Positions 1 to 11,790 are shown, counted from the first letter of the stretch. The stretch is 64,000 nt of DNA from Eledone cirrhosa (GCA_964016885.1 OZ024742.1:145142001-145206000); one strand, 5' to 3'. Notes: generated by a model not told the origin, from the sequence alone. Numbers and translations are program-made.

Positions 1-290
1 CTCCGTCATAGGATACATGATATTATTTTGTTATATTTTATCTGTAAAAGAATTATAATAAAAAAAATTTTATAATAAAAGGTTAAACTAAATTAAAAAA
101 TTATAATAAAAGGTTAAAATAGGTTAAAATTAATCTATAAATTAAATTACTGAATATATATTAGTAATATTTAAAGGTTTTTCAAAATTAATGATTACAT
201 AATATTTTCTCATCTGTAATAAAATATTAATTAAATTAAATTTATAGGTTAACTAACATTTAAATTAAATTAAATTCTAGAATAATGTTA

Positions 291-2732
291 TTAATTAGGT
301 TTATAATATTTAAATGTTTTTTTTAGTTTATGATTACACGATATAATTAATTCCTGTCTTTTATTTAATAAGATATCCCTAGACTTCATTATTTCAAATA
401 GTTCTTGGGAACATAATCTACATTCCTTTCTATTATTTTGATAAGGGGTGGCTCTTTTGAGCACACTCCAGGTCAAATCATATTTTATATTTTTATTTTT
501 ATAACTATTGATTTTTTCTGCTAGAGATGTTGTATTAGCCAGTGCGGCATTTTTAAAGCTATGTTTGTGGGTATTATACCTTGTCTTAAAATTGTTAGAG
601 GTAGCTCCTATATATGAGCAAATAGAATCTTTAGTTTTAACATTACATTTATAGACTATGTTGTTAACAAGACAATTCCCTTTTAATGGGCAGTTTGTTT
701 TGTTTCTACAGTTACATCCTTTCGTTAATTCTGTATTTGAGGAGATATTATTGTTAATTTGATGTACTGGTGGTATACTTATAGTTTTCTTACATTTATA
801 TGCATTATATGCACTTATATTTTGTTTTATGTTATTTGTTGTAGAATATGAGAATTTAACTGTAGACCTATTTAAGATTTGATGGTATTTGTGGTTTGGC
901 GGGAAGTTTTTCTCAAGGATATAAAAAAATTTTTTAGCAATATTATCCTTAACTTGTAAATTAAAAGGAGCATTATACCAAGTAACTCGTCTATTACGGT
1001 TTCTATGTTGTTTATTATTTTTATTATTTTTATATGTTGTATCATGATTTTTACTAGGAGGAATAATGTTAATGATCTCACCACAACTATTTTTAGTTAT
1101 ATTTGTAGATTTAGGTGTTTTATCTTTTTTATTAGGAGTTTTATTATTAATATTTATTATAGTCTTATGATGAGTAGTTTTTTGAGGGTTACTATACTTT
1201 ATATTAGAAGATTTAGTATTTTGGGGTATACTGTGGGTGGCATTTAGGTGTGTACCTTTCATTTGGTGTTTGTTGGTAATATTATGCTGTATGTTTTCAG
1301 TATTTTTAGTAGAGGTTATATACTCTAATCTATTTTTGTGGCCACTTCTATCTAGAGCTTCATTATAAAAGGTCGCATTTTTATCAAATACATCTTGGTT
1401 AGAAGAAAGGTTAGAAATTCTAAGTGATATATTATATGCAAGGTTTTTAAGGATAGATTTAGGGTGATTAGATTGTGAGTGTATGTAATGTAAGTTTAGG
1501 TTAGGTTTATGGTAAGGTTGGTATATACCCGTAGCTAAATCTAAAGTTATATCTAGGAAATTTACCACTTTACTTGTTTTTTCAAAAGTAATATTAAGAT
1601 TATAATAGTCCTTAAGGAAAGTTCTAATATGCTTTTTGTTTTTTTCGATTTCTGAAAGGCTAAGGTTGTTAGAAAGAAGAAGACAGTCATCACGATATAA
1701 ACCACCTTTGAGGTGGGGAAAAGAGGCATTTATGTTGAAAAGGAGAAAGAGGCCCACAAGATCAGTAATTTGGGCAGAATCGCTTGAACCCATAGTAATA
1801 TCAAAAAGATTACTATAAGTGTTTCTGGTCCAGTATTCATTCTGAAATTCAATAAGTGTTTGTCTAGCATGTGTAATAATGTTAATGTCATCCGAAGTTA
1901 AATTAGATCTATTTTTAGCAAATATTAATGCTTTGTTCAGGAGTATGGGTGATATAGAAGAATAATAGTTATCTATATCAAACTGTAGGAAAGAAGCAGA
2001 AGATTTACACCTAATATTTTTAAACCAATTAATTACCTGGGAGGTGTTTTCCCAGAGTGGTAAAATAACGTATTTTCTTATTTGTGGGATGACTCTATCT
2101 AAAATTTTTTTGCTAATTATTCCAATATCTGATTTGGAGGGACATATAAGTCTAATAGAAGGATTAGAGTTAAAGTTAGATTTGTGATCTTTCAGGTTGA
2201 AATGTGGACTTCTCAATGCCAAAGGTTCAGTTCTATCTTCAATATTTAGTTTTTTTACTATGTTGTGTGTTTTGTTGTTGATATTGGTGAGTGACGCATT
2301 ATTAGATTTTTTATAACTTTTTCTGAGTTCTTTATATATGAACTCATTATAATGTTCAATATCCATATGATACAAGTTACCAGTTTTGTCCGAGTGGACA
2401 TGGATTTTTTTAGACTTTTTTAGGTCCAATAGGGTAGAATCAAGGTCCTTTTGAAAGACGGATTTATACTTTTTAAATTTGAGATGTTTAATTAAATTAA
2501 AAAGGTCTTTCTCGAAGTCTTCAAGTAAAAAGTTGTGTGGTGGATTCTTGTAAGTGTTGAAATCATACATATATTTCCGATCTGCTTGTTTAGATTTTCT
2601 ATCAAAGTGGTAGGCTCTCCATCTAACCCTTCTGATAAAATTATTAGTTTTCTGAATCATAAGGAGTAAGAAGTCGTCCTTGGAAGGTATTGGTATGTTT
2701 TTTAAGGAGGTTCCTAAATATTGTTTTTCCAT
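291..2732 (-). CDS. Penelope-like element polyprotein (reverse transcriptase + C-terminal GIY-YIG endonuclease), Naiad-type
   Basis: Uninterrupted ORF. The track starts it at TTG 2753; the first ATG is at 2732. Motifs: N-terminal SLKNIPIPS..FIRRVRWRA; RT motifs LKDHKSNF..PSIRLICP, QFDIDNYYSSI, FDITMGSSDSAQITDLVGLF, catalytic GLYRDD, VNFLDITLDL, YIHSQSNHP; TWYNAPF; Cys linker CNCRNKTNCPLKGNC; GIY-YIG IVYKC..SYIGAT..FKTRYNTH; C-terminal CRLC..E..LLNKRQE..CNH. Clade call is from motif recall. Confidence 0.92.
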   Translation of the reverse strand: MEKQYLGTSLKNIPIPSKDDFLLLMIQKTNNFIRRVRWRAYHFDRKSKQADRKYMYDFNTYKNPPHNFLLEDFEKDLFNLIKHLKFKKYKSVFQKDLDSTLLDLKKSKKIHVHSDKTGNLYHMDIEHYNEFIYKELRKSYKKSNNASLTNINNKTHNIVKKLNIEDRTEPLALRSPHFNLKDHKSNFNSNPSIRLICPSKSDIGIISKKILDRVIPQIRKYVILPLWENTSQVINWFKNIRCKSSASFLQFDIDNYYSSISPILLNKALIFAKNRSNLTSDDINIITHARQTLIEFQNEYWTRNTYSNLFDITMGSSDSAQITDLVGLFLLFNINASFPHLKGGLYRDDCLLLSNNLSLSEIEKNKKHIRTFLKDYYNLNITFEKTSKVVNFLDITLDLATGIYQPYHKPNLNLHYIHSQSNHPKSILKNLAYNISLRISNLSSNQDVFDKNATFYNEALDRSGHKNRLEYITSTKNTENIQHNITNKHQMKGTHLNATHSIPQNTKSSNIKYSNPQKTTHHKTIININNKTPNKKDKTPKSTNITKNSCGEIINIIPPSKNHDTTYKNNKNNKQHRNRNRRVTWYNAPFNLQVKDNIAKKFFYILEKNFPPNHKYHQILNRSTVKFSYSTTNNIKQNISAYNAYKCKKTISIPPVHQINNNISSNTELTKGCNCRNKTNCPLKGNCLVNNIVYKCNVKTKDSICSYIGATSNNFKTRYNTHKHSFKNAALANTTSLAEKINSYKNKNIKYDLTWSVLKRATPYQNNRKECRLCSQELFEIMKSRDILLNKRQELIISCNHKLKKTFKYYKPN

Positions 2733-3075
2733 TGTGATATGGATGATGGACAATTGAAAGAGCTCAACTAAATGTATATGGGTTTACAAAATCATACATA
2801 TATATATGTATATACATAAATATAAAATTAATACACACATACAGTACAAAAATACGAATATTTCCGTGAAAATAGGAGCAAAATTATGTAGATAAATCTA
2901 CCAAGAGTTTACGGTAGTGTCCAATCCGTATGAAGAACTCAATGTATTCCGGATATCATGGAAAGAAGAGATGTAATGAAAATCCAATTTCGGTGAAAGA
3001 TAAACGGTATACAGAGTCAAGATAAAATATTAAACAAATAATGAACAAACAATTCCTTATATTAAACAAAAAAAG

Positions 3076-3230
3076 TTCACTATTTAACGATCGTTTCTAG
3101 GGTATATATGTGCTATAATTGGTATGCATATTTAACAGATCTATGTACAAAATTATACAAAATTATACAAATTATCAAGATTAGATATACATACCTAACA
3201 CATATATACGCCGTCTTCAGAAATAATGAA
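3076..3230 (-). ncRNA. Hammerhead ribozyme motif (type I, PLE-associated) with extended stem II
   Basis: Minus strand reads UUCAUUAUUU-CUGAAGA-[116 nt hairpin]-GAAA-CGAUCG-UU-AAAUAGUGAA. Stem I is 10 bp, stem III is palindromic, and the motif is on the same strand as the ORF and upstream of it. Confidence 0.75.
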
Positions 3231-3819
3231 GTATATTTATTGATAATAACAACAATTCAAAATATCAGTTCAAAATTGACCAATGAAAACACAAAGGGTT
3301 AAAAAGCAGTTTGGTGTGTGTATATACATGTAAAACCCCACACACATTTTACAATAATGTGTGTATAATATGTATGTGCATACTAAAAAGATGGATGCAA
3401 ATAAAAAATTTCAAGGTTAATATCTCTGTAAGCTTAATGCGCTGATAAGAAACGCAATGATACTTATGTAGTCAAGCATATAAATATATTTTTTTCATAC
3501 TCACACATATCAGTATAATCACACATACATGTGCGCATATATATAAATATACACATAACCACGAACACACAAACACACACACACCCCCCACTCACATTTA
3601 TATATGTGGATATAAAATCATAAGCAAATAGAAATTAAGTCACTCACATAAACACACTGGTACACACATTTCAAGATCAAGATACAGAAATTAGGTGGGA
3701 GGGGGGGGGAGGGGTCAGTATTAGGTTGTCAGACAGACAGCCTAATATAAATGTATCTATAAATTATGAAAAATAAAAAAATAAAAACAATAAAATATAT
3801 TACATATAATATAATGTAC

Positions 3820-4006
3820 ATACGCATACAGATATACATACACATACGTACATGTACGCGCACATAGAGATATCTACACATACATACATACACACATACC
3901 TATACTGTCATACACACACATACATTTACACGAACATACACATACACATATAAAAAAATAAAAAGATAAAAATACGGACACACACACACGCAACACATAC
4001 ACACAT

Positions 4007-4053
<47 letters not shown>

Positions 4054-4171
4054 TATACACACACACACATAGACTCATATATATATACACATACACATAC
4101 ATATACTTATACATAAACATATATATCCCACACTCATACCACCATGAAAACACATACAAACATCCAGATGC

Positions 4172-4214
<43 letters not shown>

Positions 4215-4311
4215 AACATACACACACGTACACATATATGCATATATACATACATATATACACACATACACATATATATATATATACACACACACATAAA
4301 ATACAGACATG

Positions 4312-4342
<31 letters not shown>

Positions 4343-4438
4343 TTCATTACCCTTATATATACACATAGTACATATACATACACAACCTCACTTATACACA
4401 TATACACATAAGTTATATTACAATAATAATAAAGAATA

Positions 4439-4469
<31 letters not shown>

Positions 4470-4608
4470 TATACACACATATACACATATACATACATAC
4501 ACATACATATACATACATACATACACATACATACATACACCTAAATATAAACATATATAAATACACACATACGAATAAAGACATATATTCACACATAGAC
4601 ACCTATAT

Positions 4609-4667
<59 letters not shown>

Positions 4668-4742
4668 TACACATACATACACATATACATATACATACAC
4701 ATATATACACACGCACACACATACAGACACACATACACACTC

Positions 4743-4780
<38 letters not shown>

Positions 4781-5170
4781 GAGTGTGCGCAAATACATAC
4801 ATATATATACACACACACATACAAACACACACAAACACATACATATGCATACATGCACACACACACACATATATCACATAGATACGAAGATAAACATATA
4901 AATAGAGAGACATACAAATATATACAGAACCCATATACACATACATGCAAACACGCATATACATATATACATATATACACACATATATATTCCTATATAC
5001 AAGCATACACATACGCACACATATATACATATACCTACACATATATATACCACACATTCACATACACGTACATATATAAATACATATATATACATACATA
5101 TACATACATATGTATGTACAATCATATATACACACTCAATCTTACATTCATATTTACATGCTCATATATG
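3820..5170. repeat. Compound (CA/TA/CATA)n microsatellite-like tract inside the PLE non-coding region (mirrored at ~8590-9940)
   Basis: Direct reading. The irregular pattern is reproduced in both arms. Confidence 0.9.
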
Positions 5171-6172
5171 TATTTTTATATCTAGAAATAAATACCAAAA
5201 AAACTATATAGACACCCATCTACCCAAATTCATACATATACACTTACAAAAACAGATGATAATAGTATGGGGGAAAGGGGGGGGTTTGGAGAAGGGGATC
5301 AAAGTAAATATATGTTTCAAGAAACCTATAATATTTTCCATATCTTAATTCAATGTATGTTCCTACATATTTTCAATGCTAGGAAATACGAAATCTATGC
5401 ATCACAAAATAAAAAAGTATACCATTAATCATATGTCAACTAAACCAAAGATAGTCAACATATTGATTTCCAAGGTGTAAATTAGTTAGGTTTATAATAT
5501 TTGAAGCAGAATTATGAAGTCAAACAGTAGTAGATTATTAATTACATTATAACTAAATTAAAGTTAATAATAGGGAAAAGAAACCCAAATAAAAATAAAA
5601 TAAAGTATTACATCGGTAGTAGCATATAAATTATATGTTAACTAAGTTAAAAATTATATATTTATTTCAATAGTATATGTTAATTAGTATATGTTAATTA
5701 GGTATACAATACATAAAGCAGATATTGTATTTCATCAATAGCATAATATAATTATATGCAAATAAAAATCAAAATTAATACGCATACACATACATATACA
5801 TACACATACACATACATATACATATACATACACATATATATATATATATATACATATATATACACACATACATACATATATAGTCACATAAATATACATA
5901 CAGATACACATACAATACACACATATACATATACATATAGATATACATATCTTTTTCAAAAAATTTGCACAGAATATATTAACTAGGTATATATCCAAAA
6001 ACACCTCCCATTCTATGATTACATGAAATTCTGCAATTCGTCTGTACAAGGATACTAATTTTAAGCAAATTAAAATTAAAATTAAAGTTTTAGGTTGATT
6101 AAAGCTAAAACCAAATAATAAATATATTTCCAAAATGTATATTAATTAGGTCAATAATACTAAAAATTCTTT

Positions 6173-6959
6173 CTCCGTCATAGGATACATGATATTATTT
6201 TGTTATATTTTATCTGTAAAAGAATTATAATAAAAAAAATTTTATAATAAAAGGTTAAACTAAATTAAAAAATTATAATAAAAGGTTAAAATAGGTTAAA
6301 ATTAATCTATAAATTAAATTACTGAATATATATTAGTAATATTTAAAGGTTTTTCAAAATTAATGATTACATAATATTTTCTCATCTGTAATAAAATATT
6401 AATTAAATTAAATTTATAGGTTAACTAACATTTAAATTAAATTAAATTCTAGAATAATGTTATTAATTAGGTTTATAATATTTAAATGTTTTTTTTAGTT
6501 TATGATTACACGATATAATTAATTCCTGTCTTTTATTTAATAAGATATCCCTAGACTTCATTATTTCAAATAGTTCTTGGGAACATAATCTACATTCCTT
6601 TCTATTATTTTGATAAGGGGTGGCTCTTTTGAGCACACTCCAGGTCAAATCATATTTTATATTTTTATTTTTATAACTATTGATTTTTTCTGCTAGAGAT
6701 GTTGTATTAGCCAGTGCGGCATTTTTAAAGCTATGTTTGTGGGTATTATACCTTGTCTTAAAATTGTTAGAGGTAGCTCCTATATATGAGCAAATAGAAT
6801 CTTTAGTTTTAACATTACATTTATAGACTATGTTGTTAACAAGACAATTCCCTTTTAATGGGCAGTTTGTTTTGTTTCTACAGTTACATCCTTTCGTTAA
6901 TTCTGTATTTGAGGAGATATTATTGTTAATTTGATGTACTGGTGGTATACTTATAGTTT
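6173..6959 (-). repeat. Direct repeat of 1-787 (GIY-YIG end of the PLE ORF plus start of 3' UTR); 5'-truncated upstream tandem unit
   Basis: Identical start ctccgtcataggatacatga. The last ~165 aa of ORF 6463-7077 match the end of ORF 291-2753. Confidence 0.95.
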
Positions 6960-8977
6960 CTATTTGCTCATATATAGGAGCTACCTCTAACAATTTTAAG
7001 ACAAGGTATAATACCCACAAACATAGCTTTAAAAATGCCGCACTGGCTAATACAACATCTCTAGCAGAAAAAATCAATAGTTATAAAAATAAAAATATAA
7101 AATATGATTTGACCTGGAGTGTGCTCAAAAGAGCCACCCCTTATCAAAATAATAGAAAGGAATGTAGATTATGTTCCCAAGAACTATTTGAAATAATGAA
7201 GTCTAGGGATATCTTATTAAATAAAAGACAGGAATTAATTATATCGTGTAATCATAAACTTAAAAAAAACATTTAAATATTATAAACCTAATTAATAACA
7301 TTATTCTAGAATTTAATTTAATTTAAATGTTAGTTAACCTATAAATTTAATTTAATTAATATTTTATTACAGATGAGAAAATATTATGTAATCATTAATT
7401 TTGAAAAACCTTTAAATATTACTAATATATATTCAGTAATTTAATTTATAGATTAATTTTAACCTATTTTAACCTTTTATTATAATTTTTTAATTTAGTT
7501 TAACCTTTTATTATAAAATTTTTTTTATTATAATTCTTTTACAGATAAAATATAACAAAATAATATCATGTATCCTATGACGGAGAAAGAATTTTTAGTA
7601 TTATTGACCTAATTAATATACATTTTGGAAATATATTTATTATTTGGTTTTAGCTTTAATCAACCTAAAACTTTAATTTTAATTTTAATTTGCTTAAAAT
7701 TAGTATCCTTGTACAGACGAATTGCAGAATTTCATGTAATCATAGAATGGGAGGTGTTTTTGGATATATACCTAGTTAATATATTCTGTGCAAATTTTTT
7801 GAAAAAGATATGTATATCTATATGTATATGTATATGTGTGTATTGTATGTGTATCTGTATGTATATTTATGTGACTATATATGTATGTATGTGTGTATAT
7901 ATATGTATATATATATATATATATGTGTATGTATATGTATATGTATGTGTATGTGTATGTATATGTATGTGTATGCGTATTAATTTTGATTTTTATTTGC
8001 ATATAATTATATTATGCTATTGATGAAATACAATATCTGCTTTATGTATTGTATACCTAATTAACATATACTAATTAACATATACTATTGAAATAAATAT
8101 ATAATTTTTAACTTAGTTAACATATAATTTATATGCTACTACCGATGTAATACTTTATTTTATTTTTATTTGGGTTTCTTTTCCCTATTATTAACTTTAA
8201 TTTAGTTATAATGTAATTAATAATCTACTACTGTTTGACTTCATAATTCTGCTTCAAATATTATAAACCTAACTAATTTACACCTTGGAAATCAATATGT
8301 TGACTATCTTTGGTTTAGTTGACATATGATTAATGGTATACTTTTTTATTTTGTGATGCATAGATTTCGTATTTCCTAGCATTGAAAATATGTAGGAACA
8401 TACATTGAATTAAGATATGGAAAATATTATAGGTTTCTTGAAACATATATTTACTTTGATCCCCTTCTCCAAACCCCCCCCTTTCCCCCATACTATTATC
8501 ATCTGTTTTTGTAAGTGTATATGTATGAATTTGGGTAGATGGGTGTCTATATAGTTTTTTTGGTATTTATTTCTAGATATAAAAATACATATATGAGCAT
8601 GTAAATATGAATGTAAGATTGAGTGTGTATATATGATTGTACATACATATGTATGTATATGTATGTATATATATGTATTTATATATGTATGTGTATGTGA
8701 ATGTGTGGTATATATATGTGTAGGTATATGTATATATGTGTGCGTATGTGTATGCTTGTATATAGGAATATATATGTGTGTATATATGTATATATGTATA
8801 TGCGTGTTTGCATGTATGTGTATATGGGTTCTGTATATATTTGTATGTCTCTCTATTTATATGTTTATCTTCGTATCTATGTGATATATGTGTGTGTGTG
8901 TGCATGTATGCATATGTATGTGTTTGTGTGTGTTTGTATGTGTGTGTGTATATATATGTATGTATTTGCGCACACTC

Positions 8978-9015
<38 letters not shown>

Positions 9016-9090
9016 GAGTGTGTATGTGTGTCTGTATGTGTGTGCGTGTGTATATATGTGTATGTATATGTATATGTGTATGTATGTGTA

Positions 9091-9149
<59 letters not shown>

Positions 9150-9288
9150 ATATAGGTGTCTATGTGTGAATATATGTCTTTATTCGTATGTGTGTATTTA
9201 TATATGTTTATATTTAGGTGTATGTATGTATGTGTATGTATGTATGTATATGTATGTGTATGTATGTATATGTGTATATGTGTGTATA

Positions 9289-9319
<31 letters not shown>

Positions 9320-9415
9320 TATTCTTTATTATTATTGTAATATAACTTATGTGTATATGTGTATAAGTGAGGTTGTGTATGTATATGTACTATGTGTATA
9401 TATAAGGGTAATGAA

Positions 9416-9446
<31 letters not shown>

Positions 9447-9543
9447 CATGTCTGTATTTTATGTGTGTGTGTATATATATATATATGTGTATGTGTGTAT
9501 ATATGTATGTATATATGCATATATGTGTACGTGTGTGTATGTT

Positions 9544-9586
<43 letters not shown>

Positions 9587-9704
9587 GCATCTGGATGTTT
9601 GTATGTGTTTTCATGGTGGTATGAGTGTGGGATATATATGTTTATGTATAAGTATATGTATGTGTATGTGTATATATATATGAGTCTATGTGTGTGTGTG
9701 TATA

Positions 9705-9751
<47 letters not shown>

Positions 9752-10737
9752 ATGTGTGTATGTGTTTGCGTGTGTGTGTGTCCGTATTTTTATCTTTTTA
9801 TTTTTTTATATGTGTATGTGTATGTTCGTGTAAATGTATGTGTGTGTATGACAGTATAGGTATGTGTGTATGTATGTATGTGTAGATATCTCTATGTGCG
9901 CGTACATGTACGTATGTGTATGTATATCTGTATGCGTATGTACATTATATTATATGTAATATATTTTATTGTTTTTATTTTTTTATTTTTCATAATTTAT
10001 AGATACATTTATATTAGGCTGTCTGTCTGACAACCTAATACTGACCCCTCCCCCCCCCTCCCACCTAATTTCTGTATCTTGATCTTGAAATGTGTGTACC
10101 AGTGTGTTTATGTGAGTGACTTAATTTCTATTTGCTTATGATTTTATATCCACATATATAAATGTGAGTGGGGGGTGTGTGTGTGTTTGTGTGTTCGTGG
10201 TTATGTGTATATTTATATATATGCGCACATGTATGTGTGATTATACTGATATGTGTGAGTATGAAAAAAATATATTTATATGCTTGACTACATAAGTATC
10301 ATTGCGTTTCTTATCAGCGCATTAAGCTTACAGAGATATTAACCTTGAAATTTTTTATTTGCATCCATCTTTTTAGTATGCACATACATATTATACACAC
10401 ATTATTGTAAAATGTGTGTGGGGTTTTACATGTATATACACACACCAAACTGCTTTTTAACCCTTTGTGTTTTCATTGGTCAATTTTGAACTGATATTTT
10501 GAATTGTTGTTATTATCAATAAATATACTTCATTATTTCTGAAGACGGCGTATATATGTGTTAGGTATGTATATTTAATCTTGATAATTTGTATAATTTT
10601 GTATAATTTTGTACATAGATCTGTTAAATATGCATACCAATTATAGCACATATATACCCTAGAAACGATCGTTAAATAGTGAACTTTTTTTGTTTAATAT
10701 AAGGAATTGTTTGTTCATTATTTGTTTAATATTTTAT
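6958..10737 (+). repeat. Inverted copy (~3.78 kb) of 3022-6799
   Basis: Mirror ORF pairs: 5735-6133/7625-8023, 4413-5057/8701-9345, 3108-3302/10457-10651. Coordinate sums stay at 13757-13759. Only a few differences seen (near 3184/10575, 3991/9767, 5068/8690, and an extra T at ~7260). Confidence 0.95.
10529..10683 (+). ncRNA. Second copy of the same hammerhead motif, in the inverted arm
   Basis: ttcattattt CTGAAGA (10539-10545) ... GAAA (10662-10665) cgatcg tt aaatagtgaa. Predicted cleavage after 10673; the arm ends 64 nt later. Confidence 0.75.
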
Positions 10738-10932
10738 ATGTATATATATATATGTATATATATGTATATATATATGTATATATATGTATATATATGTATA
10801 TATATATGTATATATATGTATATATATATGTATATATGTATATATATGTATATATATGTGTATATATATATGTATATATGTATATATATGTATATATATG
10901 TATATATATATATGTATATATATGTATATATA
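10738..10932. repeat. (TA)n/(TATG)n microsatellite
   Basis: Direct reading. Confidence 0.95.
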
Positions 10933-11790
10933 GTATTAGTTATACTATTTATGGTTATGTAAACACAAAACCTTAAGCAGTTGTAAGTATTTTACACACA
11001 CCCTAAATAGTGGTAGGCAGTAATGTATTACTACCTTATTACCAGTAAGTTAAGTAGCTCAATGTAAAAACATCAGATGATTTACAGAGCAGTTATATGA
11101 AATATAAGAATCAAAGAACTGTTCAAAACATTATTGTGCTTACAGCTGTTTCCTCCAAACCGAGGTTTGGATTCTTCGGAGCAATTTATTAATGCATGGA
11201 CAGTTATATGACCTCCTTTTCAGCCGAGAGACATACCAATACATATTCAAACATTGATACATATTCAAACATTGTGGGTCAACATTCATTACAGAATTTA
11301 GAGTGGCAGTACACACTTCGAGATTACATTTATATTAATAGGTACAATCAAAAAAATCAAAGATATAGGTTAAAGTACAACATGAAGGTAAGTGGTTATA
11401 TAGTGCAAATGTTATGTGTGTGGCACGCATGTGCGTCTTGTTTATATAGTGTGGCAGAGAGATATGTGTGGTAGAGGCACTTAGGTAGGTAAATAAGAGT
11501 GTTAGGTTGGTAGATCTGGTGGCAAAGTCTTTATATGATTGATATAGTCTGTGTGTGGAGAAATATTATAAGCATTAAAGATAGTGCAAGCATTAAAAGT
11601 GTTATAAGTATTGGAGATGCACAGCGCAGTGGTGTCAAGTAATTCATGTACTTCGGTATTTTCATGGTCAAGGGAGTGTATATTTCGATTATATGCCTTT
11701 CACATAATCCACGACAATCCAGTTAGAGATCGTAGTGTGGTGCTCTTTAGTTCGATACAGGTGGTTGTTACGTTTCGAGAGACGCCATTT
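10933..11790 (-). mobile_element. Non-coding insert in the microsatellite bearing an HHR motif; probable PLE 3' fragment or solo pseudo-LTR
   Basis: Complex sequence flanked on both sides by (TA)n. HHR-like motif at 11137-11183, ~200 nt from the minus-strand 3' end. No recognisable ORF. Confidence 0.55.
11137..11183 (-). ncRNA. Minimal hammerhead motif, variant core (CCGAAGA)
   Basis: Minus strand reads UGCU-CCGAAGA-A-UCCAAAC-CUCG-GUUUGGA-G-GAAA-CAGCUG-UA-AGCA. Stem III is palindromic. U4C change and a mismatched stem II closing pair. Confidence 0.65.

Larger units (their letters stand above)
1..10737 (-). mobile_element. Composite PLE insertion: full ORF copy + upstream partial tandem copy (pseudo-LTR) + inverted copy; runs off the left edge of the window
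   Basis: 1-787 is repeated directly at 6173-6959 (offset 6172). 3022-6799 is repeated inverted at 6958-10737. The right end abuts (TA)n. Confidence 0.88.

Noticed and set aside
291-2753. Selenoprotein recoding, as described for some Naiad elements
   Set aside because: The ORF has no in-frame TGA and ends in TAA; no SECIS was recognised.
3439-3456. gcg-ctgataa-gaaa-cgc, hammerhead-like words
   Set aside because: No stem II between the cores, no stem I/III arrangement, and antisense to the ORF.
6463-7077. 204-aa stand-alone GIY-YIG ORF
   Set aside because: Chimeric. The first ~39 aa are antisense sequence read across the inversion junction; the rest is the truncated tandem copy.
3874-9885. 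VCVY/HTYI ORFs occurring in mirrored pairs
   Set aside because: Microsatellite translations; useful only as markers of the inverted repeat.
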